DNA from: Mobula hypostoma
Taxonomy: Eukaryota
Assembly (NCBI RefSeq): GCF_963921235.1
Contig: NC_086108.1
Location: forward strand, 37,820,001-37,884,000
Direction: 5' to 3'
DNA length: 64,000 nt
This document shows, piece after piece, positions 13,830 to 26,559 of the stretch. The position numbers were made by a program, and so were the translations under genes. Each line of letters starts with the position of its first letter. Positions within the stretch are counted from its first letter, which is position 1. Under the pieces are notes generated by a model, which saw only the letters and a program-made list of their open reading frames with translations, was not told where the DNA came from and ran no database searches.

Positions 13830-16010
13830 TACAGTTATGGAGCCAAACAGCATGCAAACAGGCCCTTTGACCCAATTTGTACATGCCAGCTGTATTGCCC
13901 AGCAAGCTCGCCCTACGTTTAGCCCATTGCCCTTAAACCCCACCTATCCATGTACTTATCTGGATTGTTCTTAAATGCTGAAAATGTACTCACCTCAGCC
14001 ACTATTTTTAGCAGCTTATTCCAAATATGCACCACTCTTTGCTGGAAAAAGTTGTCCCTGATGTCCTTTTTTTAAAAAAATCGTTTGCCTCTGTTCTAAA
14101 CCTATGCCCTCTAGTTTTTAGTATTCACCTGCCCTCTCCACCCAGGAGAAAGACTTTGTGCTTTCACCCTGTCTGCGTGTCTCATGGTGTTATATGCCTT
14201 TATCAACTCTCCTTCATTCCAGGGAATAAATTTATAATTTATTAACCTCTTCTTGTAACTCAGGCTCCCAATTCCAGGCAACATCCTAGTAAATATGTTC
14301 TGCACCCTTTCTGGTTTAATAACATCTTTCCTATCACAAAGTGACCGAAACTGAACACGATACTCCAAATGTGGTTTTAGCAATGTCTCCTACTGTAACT
14401 GCTGTATATCTTCTCATTTTCTATACTCACTGCCCTGAGTGACAGTACCAAATGCCTTTTTTACTACTTTAGCTACACGTGATGTCGCTTTCAGTGAACT
14501 ATGCACTTGCTGTCCTAGGTCACTCTGTTTCATTACACTCCCCAGGGCCCTATCATTCACATACAAGTCTTATCCTGGTTTGATCCAGGGTACCTCACAT
14601 TTATTTGTATTAAAAGACTTTTCTGATATTCAGCACATGTACCGAGCTGATTATGATCTCCCTGTAATTTGTCATAACCTTTTAAACAATCTATAACAGA
14701 ACCTATTTTAGAATTACCTGCAAACTGACTAACCATGCGCTATACATTCACATCCAAATCGTTTATATAGATTATAAAACAACAAATATTCCAGCACTAA
14801 CCCCTGTCACACACCACTGGACACAGGATTCCAATCTGAGAAACAACCCTCGGCCTTCTCTCTCTGCTTCCTATCACTGTGATAATTATGAATCCAATGT
14901 GCAATTTTTTCCCTGGATCTCATGCAATCTAATCTTCCAGATTAGCCTGCCATGAGGGACCTTGTCAAAGATTTTGCTAAAGTCCATATAGTCATCATCC
15001 ATAACCTTAACATCATCAATCCTTTTGATTATCCACTTGAAGAACTCTGGGAGGTTTGTCAGATAAGACTTACACACACAAAGTAGTATTGACAGTCACA
15101 AATCAGATCCTTTCTCTCTAATTGTTGGTAGTTCCAGTCCCTCAAAATCCCCTCCAGCAATTTACCCACCACCAATGTCAAACTCACTGCCTTGTAAATT
15201 CCTGTCTTGGTTTTGCTATCCTTTTTAAACAGTGGCTCCACATTGGCCACTCAAATCCTCCAGAACCTTAGCTGTGGCCAGAAATTAAGCATTAAACTCT
15301 GCAATACCTTCTCTAGCTTCTCACTGGGACCAAGGATTCACCAGGTTAGACCCTGAAGATTCATCCATCTTAATGCTCTTTAAGGCTCCCAATAGCTCCT
15401 CCCTTCTAATTTGTATGTGATCCAAGACACCATTACTCATTTCCCTCATTCCCTTACCTTCCATTATTTTTTTCTATAGCAAAAACTGAAGGGAAATATT
15501 CATTAAAAAGCTCACCCATTTCATTTGGCTCCACATGCTGGAGCCTATTTTCTTGCTAGCCATCTTGTACTCTTAATATACCTGTATAAGCTCTCAGCAT
15601 GTTTTTTAACGTTAACCTTGCCTGCCATATCGTTTTCATATGCTCTTTTTGGTCTCCTAATCGCTTTTAATTGTACTTCTATTGTAGCCATCAAGAGATT
15701 CACTAGTTCCCAATTGCTTCTGTCCAGTATATGGCTTGCTGTTTTCCTTACCAGAAACATGAAGGGCCAGAACTCATGATATCATATTGTTAATGGCCTC
15801 CCACTTAGCAGATGCTCCTTTCCCTGTGTATAATCTTGCCCAATCAACCACCCTGTGATCGGGGCTAATGGCTTCAAAATTTGCTCTGCTCCAGTTCAAG
15901 AGCTTAAGCTGTAACCCCGCTGTATCATTCTCCAGAATTATTTAAAAACTAATAGAATTATGGTCATTGGACTCAAAATGGCTCACTTCTGCTACTTGCC
16001 CTACTGATTC
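13830..16010 (-). mobile_element. Old CR1 LINE
   Basis: ORFs with YMDFSKIFDKVPHGRL, PLFKKDSK and HLEYRVQF. Confidence 0.9.
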
Positions 16011-16260
16011 CCCAGAAGAAAGTCCAATAAAATGTTTCAAATTGCTCATTCGTGGAGAATCTTGGCCAGCATTCTTGTCGATTATGATGCTCACCTTATG
16101 TAGCACTCATAATTCAAATAAAGAGAATTCCACCTTTTGTCCTATACTGCATTTTTAAGGTTCAGAATTAGGTGGTAAAATAGTCAAGAGGTTCACCTAG
16201 TTAGGAAATACATACTTAGTCTGGATCTCTTCGCTGAAGTCCCCACTGCTCACTGCTTGC

Positions 16261-16546
16261 CATGCATGAGAGGTAGTGAGTTAACATTAACCTCAGCACA
16301 TTAGGCGGTCCACCTTTGGACCCCCCAAGTTTTTAGTACAGTAGACAAGAATAATATACAAGTGACAATCCACAAACACATAACAGAAACACAAAGATTC
16401 CACATGCAATGCATGCCACAATGCAATTATATTTTATTTTACCCAAACAGGACTCTTGGGGAAAAAAAAGAAAGGAACAATACTCATGCCAAAAAAGCTA
16501 CTGAGTTCACAGATTACACAAAGCTTTTATTATTTGCCAGCCATGC
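16261..16546 (-). promoter_or_regulatory. Cluster of RBFOX-type (U)GCAUG intronic splicing elements downstream of the 72-nt exon
   Basis: Plus-strand CATGC at 16542, 16485 and 16412 and CATGCA at 16403 and 16261 give five GCATG (two TGCATG) on the sense strand within ~300 nt of the donor. Confidence 0.6.
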
Positions 16547-16563
16547 CTCATAATCTTACATAC

Positions 16564-16635
16564 TTGTCAATAGAGCCAACCATGTAGTAAACCATTGGAA
16601 ACCAGCAGATTGCTTCCAGAAAATGTACATCTGGC
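16564..16635 (-). CDS. KCNT2: KCNT2 internal coding exon, 72 nt, phase 2/2
   Basis: ctttccctccag|G CCA GAT GTA CAT...GAC AA|gtatgt = [23 protein letters not shown](N). It joins in frame to the 3112-3246 exon (AA+C = Asn). Confidence 0.97.
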
Positions 16636-17477
16636 CTGGAGGGAAAGCCATAATTTAGAGAATGTGCTTTACATACATTTTATCTATGAAACAAGCATTT
16701 CTGCAACTAAATATTAACTATACACAGAGAAGTTCCAATACACAAGGTTGCCTGATACTTGAATAAATATTTACAATGAAAATACTGTAGGATTTAATTT
16801 TCAAGTATTCTGTGGAAATATTTTCAGGAAGAAATATTAAGAATCTTGGATTCTTCTTGTCCCAATGTTTTATTGAGCTCTTCATACACATGAGGCTACC
16901 ACAAAGCACACAGCATGATGACCGCAGAGAGAATAACAGGGTCAGTACAATGTGACAAATGGACACAGTGCAAAAATGATAAATACATTTTTGGTATACA
17001 ACAGAAAGATCACCTCCGACAGGAATAATATCGTCAAAACTTTTACTTCCACCTATTTAGTATGAACAGAATTGTGCCATTCTGATCGATCTTTATGATT
17101 TTTGTCAGTTTTGCACTGAAACATGCAGAACTAGTTACAGTGTTACTCTAGATATGATAGCTGAAACTCTCCTTGTTCTATGCAGGCTAATTAATTACAA
17201 TACAATCCATCAGTCAACATTTTGACTAAAATACCACCGTATTTTCACGTCCTGCAATTTACATACTTCATGCCCCAGTATCACCCATTGTCACTGAAAT
17301 TAAGATTTATGGAGCTTAATGTGATTATCTTACTGAACCCAAAGTGCTGTTGGATCAGAGTTTCTATTTTTCTTGAGTGATGCTCTTCTGCCTGACATAT
17401 TCAGAAAGAATAAGCAGATGGGGATAATTGACAATTACAAACAAACTCTGCTTATTTATTCCCAACTTTTATATACA

Positions 17478-17691
17478 GTATACTTTATACTTTATTGTCG
17501 CCAAACAATTGGTACTAGAACGTACAATCATCACAGCAATATTTGAATCTGCGCTTCACACTCCCTAGATTACAAATATTAAATATTAAAAATAGTTAAA
17601 ATTAGTAAATATTAAAAATTTAAATTATAAATCATCAATAGAAAATAGAAAAATGGGAAGTAAGGTAGTGCAAAAAAAAACTGAGAGGCAG
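17478..17691 (-). mobile_element. Rex1/Babar LINE 3' tail
   Basis: Nearly identical to 62955-63170, which continues into an RT. Confidence 0.85.
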
Positions 17692-17702
17692 TTTACTGTA
17701 TA

Positions 17703-19183
17703 CAGGTGTCCCCTACTTTTCGAATGTTCGCTTTACGAAACGTTACTGTTACCAAAGCCTTACATTAGTTCTCTGTTTTCGCTAACAGAAGGTGTTTTCA
17801 ATGTTACGAAAAAAGCAGCGTGTGCTAAAAAGGCAGCGCATGAAAAAAAAGCAGCACAGGAAAAAATCCAGCCGCTCCACCCCAGATTCGGAACGGCATT
17901 CTCGCCGGCATTGCTTAAACACGTGCCTGTGAGCATCTGTTAGCAGGATGAGTTCTAAAGTATCGGAAAAGCCTGAAAGAGCTCGTAAGGGTGTTACACT
18001 TAGCGTAAAACTAGACATAATTAAGCGTTTTGATCATGATGAACGAAGTAAGGACAAAGTGAGTTTGGCTTGTGGAAGCTGATGAAGATGATGTTGAAGA
18101 GGTTTTAGCATCCCATGACCAAGAACTGATAGATGAAGAGCTGATGCAATTGGAAGAGGAAAGGATAACAATCAAAACCGAATGCAGTAGCGAACTGAAT
18201 GTGAAGCAACTGCGTGAGATTTTCGCTGCAATGATAAAGTACAACTTTAATTTTGAAAGGGTACATCGGTTTAGGGGATACTTGCAGGATAGTTTGAGTG
18301 CTTACAAAGAACTATATGATAGAAAAATGTGCGAGGCTCAGCAGTCAAGCAAGCCTTCCACATCAGCCATAGCAAACGACGAACTGCAACCTTCGACATC
18401 GAGGCAGGCAGAGATAGAAGAAGACGACCTGCCTGCCCTAATGGAAACAGACAACGAGATGACACCCCAGTGTCCCACCACCCCAATCCCCAGGCCGCGG
18501 ACAGATACCGATTCGTGGAGTATGCAGCGGTAGCCGGGAGGCACACGGCACATCTTTAAGAAAAAAGCCGAAATAAACATGCTAATTAATTAGGTGCTAC
18601 CCAGCTGTACCACTGCATGCTTCACAGCAATGTATTGGTCGGCGACCTAGAGGGTGGGGCCACTGCATCACCCCAACCTGCGACGACTCAGCCTAACATA
18701 CCATCATCAGTGTGCTCTGCGCTGTCCCAATTTTGCTAAGTGATAATACACTGTACATACATTATTTCTACTTTATATTGGCTGTGTATTTTTACGTGTT
18801 ATTTGGTATGATTTGGCAGCTTCGTAGCTTAAAGGTTACTGGAGTGAGTGTTTTTGCCGAGAGCGCTTGCATGAGATTTTCTGCCGACGGCGCTTGCGTG
18901 AGATTTTCGCTACGGACAACAGTGCAGGCAATGATTGTGGAAAAGTATTTCTACTTTATATAGGCTGTGTATTTATCATATCATTCCTGCTTTTACTATA
19001 TGTTACTGTTATTTTAGGTTTTGTGTGTTATTTGGCATGATTTGGTAGGTTATTTTTGGGTCTGCAAACGCTCACAATTTTTTCACATATAAATTAATGG
19101 TAATTGCTTCTTCACTTTACAACATTCCGGCTTACAAACTGTTTCATAGGAACACTCTGCCTTCGGATGGCGTGGGAAACCTA
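17703..19183 (+). mobile_element. Internally deleted Tigger/pogo DNA transposon
   Basis: TA-flanked imperfect TIRs (caggtgtcccc / gggaaaccta). N-terminal RKGVTLSVKLDIIKRFD HTH remnant and C-terminal DVEEVLASHDQELIDEEL...YKELY remnant. Confidence 0.85.
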
Positions 19184-19847
19184 TACTGTGGTGTTTTCAG
19201 CCATACTAGCATTAATGGAGCAGGATTCACATGTTCAGAGGATTTAATTACTATTTCAAATATTGTTAAGTTTAACATTAGAATGTCAGAGGAATATCAC
19301 TATATCAGATCATAGTTTCACTTTGGCATATAAAATGCAGTTTTTATTCCTTTTGAATCACAGGACAAGGCTATAAGAAACTCGCAATATGGCTTCTAAT
19401 AAAAGAGCCTTGGACTTTTCCAAGCTTTAATTTTTGTTCATTTTCATCTGACTTTGACAGCCCATTCTATTTCATACCAATGTTGTTCTTCTCAAAAAGT
19501 AGTGGTACAACAAGTTCACATCACAGAATTCCACATAGTGCAATTGAATCACCAGTGTTAGATAATCCACTACATTGCCACATCAAGTATATTCAAATTT
19601 GCTTGGCTTCCTACTTAAAATAAGATATTAACCAGAGAATAGGCTTTCTTCTCTAGAACTAACTTAATTATTGTGAAGGATTAATTAGACATATGCTTTC
19701 AGCCTGTTATAGCAAAGACATTCATAGAACTATGATGCCTTAAAAGCAAAACAGATGGTTAAAGAAAAGCTTTATAATTCCTAACTTCAGAAACTTAAAT
19801 GTCAGAATTCTAGAGCAGTTTATAATTGTTACTTGGGTGTAAAAAAC

Positions 19848-20133
19848 CCTTGCATTTGTTTAAAGACATTCACAGCTTCAAAATATCCCCACATCCTTTA
19901 ACGCATTCTTATAATGCATTATAAAAATCTATAATGTATAAAGCAGCACAGGCAATTTATATGGTAAAAAAAACAAAAAGCAATACAATGGAGGACAGTA
20001 TCTGTTTTAATGATGTTGGTTGAAGGATAAGAGTTGGCCAGGACACCTGGGAGAACTCCACTGCTCTTCCTTGAAATAATGTCCCAGGAAACCATTTATT
20101 GAAAGAACAGACAGGACCTTGGCTTAAAATCTC
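19848..20133 (-). mobile_element. DeuSINE (SacSINE1-like), 3' part; interrupted by a LINE
   Basis: tgatgttggttgaaggataagagttggccaggacacc..gagaactcc.ctgctcttc matches the recalled Deu-domain SINE of chondrichthyans. Confidence 0.7.
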
Positions 20134-23043
20134 AGCTGTATTCAGGGACTCATCTTTGAATCTGGATGAGTATGCTGCAGTTGTTACCGACTTCATTAAA
20201 ATTTGTGTGGATGAGTGTGTGCTTACAAAGACTTACTGTACATTCCTAAACCAAAAGCCATGGATGAACCGGGAGGTACATCATCTGCTGAAGGCTAGAT
20301 CTGTGGCATTCAAGTCTAGCAACCCAAGCCTGTACCAGAAAACCAGGTATGATTTGCGGAGGGCTATTTCAAGGGCAAAGGGACAATTTTGAATGAGGTT
20401 GGAGGTGATATCAGATGCACAGCAACTCTGGCAGGGACTGCAAGACATTACCTCTTACAAAGCGAAACCCAATAGTATGAATGGCAGTGATGCTTCACTA
20501 CTAGATAAACTCAATGCTTTCTATGCATGCTTTGAAAGGGAGAACACAACTACAGCTGTGAAGATCCCTGCTGCACATGATAACCCTATGATCTCTGTCT
20601 CAGAGGCCGTTATTAAGCTGTCTTTAAAGAGAGCGAACCCTTGCAAGGCAGAAGGTCCTGATGAAGTACCTGGTGTGGCTCTAAAAACCTGTGCCAACCA
20701 ACTAGTGGGAGTATTCAAGGACATTTTCAACCTCTCACTGCTATGGGCAGAAGTTCCCACTTGCTTCAAAAAGGTAACAATTATACCAGTGCCAAAGAAG
20801 ACTAATGTGGGCTGCCTTAACGACTATCACCCGGTAGCACTCACATTGACAGTGATGAAATGCTTTGAGAGGTTGGTTGTGACTGGACTGAACTCCTGCC
20901 TCAGCAAGTACCTGGACCCATTGTAATTTGCCTATGGTCACAATAGGTCAACGGCAGACGCATTCTCCATGGCTCTTCACACAACTTTAGACCACCTAGA
21001 CACTCAAACACCTATGTCAGAATGCTGTTCATTGACTATAGCTCAGCATTTAATACCACCATTCCCACAATCCTGATTGAGAAGTTGCAGAACTTGGGCC
21101 TCTCTACCTCCCTCTATGATTAGATCCTTGATTTCCTAACTGGAAGACCAGTCTGTGCGGATTAGTGATAACATATCCTATTCGCTGACAATCTATGTTC
21201 CCTCTAATTTTTAGTAATCAGTGTGCACAAAAATCTTATGTTGTGCAAATTTTTTTTCCTGTGACAGAAGTATGTGCGCACTTAATGCACACATGGCACA
21301 GTTTATGTAGGTTTACAAAATATTTGACATAAAACTGCACAGAATAACAACAAAATAACATACATATTTAAGTCACTCAGTTATTTTTTCTCTCTCCTGT
21401 CTTTGGCATTTACCCATTCTTTGTAAACTCTATCTAGACTAATAGAATTTCCATCCAATTGATAGCTTTTGATTCTCATTAACATATCCAAATGACATTC
21501 ACCTAAACGGTTTCTCAGCTTGTTTTTGAGTTGATTCATTAGGCTAAAACCTCACTCACAGTCCGCACTAGTTGCAAGAAAGGTTCCCCCAATGTTCATC
21601 GACTGCAAGGTCGCAAAACTGTTCATTTTGAAGTAACAAATGCTGCCATTTAAGCAAAGATTGAAATCAGTTTAGATCAGCCACAGGGGTCATTTGACTG
21701 ATCTTCTTCAAAGTATGTGATCAGTGCCTCATCATTTTTTATTATTGCCTGCAATGCAAAGTGTCTAGATAACCACCTGACTTCATTAAGTGGTCTGAAA
21801 GCAACAGCTTCATTTTCATAGGCCTCTGCTATTTCTTTAAATTTACATCTTTTAACTGCAGATCAAGAAAATATTGTATAGATTGTTCTCATCAAAGTTT
21901 CAATGTCTCTGATTAACTTGACTTCTTTCCATGCATCACAAATCCCCAGATCCTCACGGTGTGCTACACAGTGTTGCTGAACTAAGTGTGGAATGTCCTG
22001 TTATGTCTTGCTGCAACACCATTAACTCTGCCCAACAGTACTGATGCTCCATCAGACGTAAACATCACCATTTTATGGAGGCCAAGTTTCTTCTCTTCAT
22101 AAAACTGCTTGATCGCTGAAATAACAGAAGAAGCATCACATGCCTGCAGCTGAACTATTCCGCCAAAAAACGTTTTATAAGCAGTACAATCTTCAGATCT
22201 GAATTTGAAGTACAGAATGAGACATTTGTTGACAGATATGTCTGTGGTTTCATCAACTGCTAACGTGTGAAAATCTGCTTATGCTATTTCTTCAAACATG
22301 TCTTTCTGAACAACATAGTTGATAGTCTCCAGAAATTCAAATGCATAATTTTTGCTTTGCCAGCTGTCTGGGAGTTGAATGTAATTTTCCATATGTTCAT
22401 TAATGTGTTGAACTGAATGTAAAGAGTTATTCATTTTAACAGCTAACAACAGACTGTGATAAGAACTTTGATCTCCTCTGGGTTTGATCGTTTTCGCTCT
22501 TGCTCATCTGCACTCAACCGTAACATGCGTAGCACTCCTGTAACAGGTAATGACGGGTTCTGTTGCCTGAGCTTTTGTACACCATCCAAATGCGATTTAC
22601 TTGCCAAATGATGCTTCAAAAAGTCAAGTTTCCAAATATCATCCCACTTCTTTCCACTAGCAAATTCTTCAGCAATGTTCACATCACGACAATACAAACA
22701 GATAACTCCAGTTTCCGAATCATACATAAATATTTCTCATAGCTGAATGTTCATGACCTCATGAGCTTTCAGTGTAGTAGTTTCTACTATTTTGTTAAGC
22801 CATTCAACTTTCAACAAATTTGTAGTTCTTTTGCGCTTCACGCCCTTCACTTCTTTGGAAATAGACATAGCGAATCAATATTTTTTTCAATAAAAACTTA
22901 GTAAGCTATCGACAGCGGGGGTCCCCAACCTTTTTGCACCAAGGGCTGGTTTAATATTGACAATATTCTTACGGACTGGCCGACCTGGGGGGGGGGGCGG
23001 GGTTCGAGTAGGGTTAAACTCACCACAACATGTCTTTGACAGT

Positions 23044-23682
23044 TAGGGTTGCCAACTTTCTCACTCCCAAATAAGGGACAAAAATAGCAGTCAAACCCTG
23101 ACAAAGGGTCCTGGCCCGAAATGTCGACTGTACCTCTTCCTATAAATGCTGCCTGGCCTGCTGCATTCACCAACATTTTTTGTGTGTGTTGACGGGACAC
23201 TTGTGTTTACCCCGAGAAAGACTACCATGACCATGAAGCCTTGTACGGGCACCTGTGTGCGCATGTGTGACGTGTGCATGTGTGACGTGCGCATGCACGC
23301 ACGTGCCGATTTTTTTTCCACAAATCAGTTTTGGCTTAATCTTCCTGACTACGATGTACATACATTATTTCTACTTTATATAGGCTGTGTATTTATCATA
23401 TAATTCCTGTTTTTACTATATGTTAGTGTTATTTTAGGTTTTATGTGTTATTTGGTATGATTTGGTAGGTTATTTTTTGGGTCCGGGAATGCTCAAAAAA
23501 TTTTCCCATATAAGTTAATGGTAATTGCTTCTTCGCTTTAAGCCATTTCGGCACAAAAGTTTTCATAGGAACGCTCTACTTCAGTGGGGGAAATATGGGA
23601 CAAGGGCGGTCCCGTATGGGACAAACCAATATAGCCCAATGTACGGGATGTCCCGGCAAATACTAGACAGTTGGCAACCCTA
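23044..23682. mobile_element. Inner element with TAGGGTTGCCAACT inverted repeats (hAT-like), carrying a Tigger 3' fragment
   Basis: tagggttgccaact / agttggcaacccta. 23355-23590 matches Tigger 18945-19180. No TSD. Confidence 0.7.
23093..23190 (+). mobile_element. Penelope terminal-repeat fragment with a degenerate hammerhead core
   Basis: ctgacaaagggtcctggcccgaaatgtc...tgctgcctggcctgctg...ttttgtgtgtgtt; homologous to 30728-30820. Confidence 0.7.
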
Positions 23683-25140
23683 TGTTCAAGTTCAACAGTG
23701 CGTGACAGGGAATGAGGAAAGGTGCAGCTGACTCATATCGTTTCCTCACGGCCCGGTAGCACATGCTTTGCAGCCCAGTACCAGTCCGCGGCCCGGTGGT
23801 TGGGGACCGCTGATCTACAAGATTTGAAACAGATATTTGTAAACTTTAGAATACGAATACTGTCCGCCAAAGATGGCTGCTGTCGTGGTGCAACCGGAAC
23901 AGGAAAGGTGAGGTGAAGTAAATTAGTGACATGCATTGTGGTATTTGAAAAACTGACTAACTAGTTAAGAGATACATTTAGCTGAAAGACTATTTTCAGT
24001 AAGTATAATTATAATTACTACATTATTTTAGGTAACTAATCTTTTGTGCACACATTAATTTCCTTTCTGTGCTGGTTGAAAAACGTGTGTGCTTGCGCAC
24101 ACGCGAACAGCTTAGAGGGAACATATCTGGCGATCAACACTGGTGCACTTCAGGGGTGTGTGCTTAGCCCACTGCTCTACTCTCTGTATACACATGACCG
24201 TGTGGCTAGGCATAGCTCAAATACCATCTATGAATTTGCTGATGATACAATCATTGTTGATAGAATCTCAGGTGGTGACGAGAGGGCGTACCGGAGTGAG
24301 ATATGCCAACTAGTGGAATGGTGCCGCAGCAACAACCTGGCACTCAACGTCAGTAAGATGAAAGAGCTGATTGTGGATTTCAGGAAGAGTGAGATGAAGG
24401 AACACATACCAATCCTCATAGAGAAAACGGAAGTGAAGAGAGTGAGCAGTTTCAAGTTCCTGGGTGCCATGATCTCTGAGGATCTAACCTGGCCCCAACA
24501 CATTGATGGAGTCATAAAGAAGGCAAGACAGCGGTTATAATTTAGGAGTTTGAAGCGATTTGGCATGTCAACAAATACACTCAAAAACTTCTATAGTTGT
24601 ACTGTGGAGAGCGTTCTGACAGGCTGCGTCACTGTCTGGTATGGAGGGGCTACTGCACAGGACCGAAAGAAGCTGCAGACGGTTGTAAATCTAGTCAGCT
24701 CCATCTTGGGCACTAGCCTACAAAGTACCCAGGACATCTTTAGGGAGTAGTGTCTCAGATGGGTAGATTCCATTATTAAAGACCTCCAACACCCAGGGCA
24801 TGCCCTTTTCTCACTGTTACTATCAGGTAGGATATACAGAAGCCTGAAGACAAACACTCAGCGATTCAGGAACAGCTTCTTCACTCTGCCATCTGATTCC
24901 TGAATGGACTTTGAAGCTTTGGACACTACCTTTTTAATATTTTTAATATATCGTATTCCTGTTTTTATACATTTTAAATAATCTATTCAATATACATAAT
25001 TGATTTACTTGTTTATTATGTTTTATTTTATATATATTTTTTTTTCTCTCTCTGCTAGATTATGTATTGCAATGAACTGCTGATGCTAAGTTTACAAATT
25101 TCACGTTACATGCCGGTGATAATAAACCTGATTCTGATTC

Positions 25141-25278
25141 TGAAAGACCTCACGTTTGACAACATGGTACCCTCTGTCTAACGTTTGCCTGCCTAGAATT
25201 TTATATGCCAGTCTCTGGAATGTGACGTGATGCCTGTATGTTCTGATTCAGAGGCAGGCATGTAATCCAGTGAGCTAG
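25141..25278 (-). mobile_element. DeuSINE (SacSINE1-like), 5' part
   Basis: Resumes with tgaaagac...tctctggaatgtg...ttctgattcagaggc...gtgagcta right after the LINE tail. Confidence 0.65.
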
Positions 25279-25395
25279 TGAAACTAAAGCATAGAAATTC
25301 AATGTTAAAACACCCTATATATGTTAAATGAACACAAAATTGTGTGCAAGAACTCAAAGTTGCCTATATTATGAGGGGCATGTGCACATCATTGA

Positions 25396-25400
<5 letters not shown>

Positions 25401-25439
<39 letters not shown>
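25401..25439. repeat. (TG)n microsatellite
   Basis: Seen directly. Confidence 0.95.
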
Positions 25440-25440
<1 letters not shown>

Positions 25441-26559
25441 CCCCTATTTCTTTGAATTAATTATTGTAGGGGACTGAGAATGGCCCTGCTTTCCCATCCC
25501 ATTCTTGTGCACGTCCCACTCTTTAAGGTATTGAGAAAGTCTAACTGACATTAGTACAGAATTGAAAAGTGCAAAAACATTTGGTTTCTCATTCATATGT
25601 TTCCCACCCCTACATAGATCTGAGGAAAATAAATAGTGGGAAATTTGTCTAAAATGGTTCAGAATTCTTGAGATATTCTAAACATCATACTTGGTAGTAT
25701 GAATGTTTGTCCTTCTCTTGTTATGTAAAATGCCTCCTGTGATGTTACCTCTGTCCGAATGTTAGATCTCTCATCATCACTTTCCTCCTCAAAAAGAAAC
25801 ACCTTGTCCAATCTGCTTTGCAAAACTAAACTATTTGGTTTGTCTGCTGTTTCTCTCCAGAATTTCTTTCACTGAAGTTTGAATGCTTAGCCCTAAATAT
25901 ATATCAGCAACAGAAGTACAGAAAAAAAGTGAAATGAAATGGATTGTGGAAATAATATAGGAAAAGTGTTTCTAATGATTGAACAATGGAACAAAGTGGA
26001 TGTTAGCAGACTTATTTCATTAGATTTATTGCACAACTTTTGGAGAATCAGTGGAAATCACTTCAATGAAAATGCAAATATTAAAGATAAGACTGGAAAA
26101 TTCAATGAGATTTGATAATGAAGGGATGCTATTCTATTATTTCCATGAAGCACTCCTCCTTGCCTCCACAGATGTTTCTTGGCACGATGAATTCTTCCAG
26201 CAGTTTGCATATTTTGTTTTCTCCAATTACAGCATCTGTAGTCTCTGGTCTCCCCATATCTCTACTTGCTTTGATTCTATTTCTTTTAAACTGCTAATCA
26301 ACCAGCACCCTTTCTTGACCCCACTCTTATGGTTTAGTTAATTCAAATGTTGCACCATTTTCAACAAATCTCCTGCTATTGTCTTCAAAAACAACCACCT
26401 CTCTCAGTTAGGATGATTGCCAAACAAGTACCTAATATGGATGTCTGTACTTTGGGGAACCAACCAGATCTGCATTCTCTTTCTGCCAGCCCACATAAGC
26501 TGAATAAAATACAACTAAAGGCAGCAACTACATATTGATCCCAAAGCCCTTCAGACTCT

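Larger units (their letters stand above)
22916..23812. mobile_element. Charlie3/MER1-like composite non-autonomous hAT
   Basis: TIRs cgggggtccccaacc / ggttggggaccgctg; TSD atcgacag/atctacaa. The right end matches 490-617. Confidence 0.85.
21193..24126 (-). mobile_element. hAT (Tip100/Zaphod, ZNF862-like) transposon with a decayed transposase
   Basis: TIR ctatgttccctctaa / ttagagggaacatat; TSD ctgacaat/ctggcgat. Minus-strand motifs CLYC..HLASKSH, AVDETTDIS, FTSDGAS and HCVAHR. Confidence 0.88.
20134..25140 (+). mobile_element. Rex1/Babar-clade LINE (decayed RT), split by a hAT insertion
   Basis: NQKPWMN, KAEGPD, LNDYHPVALT, QGCVLSPLLYSLYTHD and FADD motifs; (ATTCTG)n tail. Confidence 0.92.

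Noticed and set aside
18072-18533. 153-aa acidic ORF as a TIGD-like domesticated gene
   Set aside because: Lies in an internally deleted TA-flanked Tigger lacking the DDE domain.
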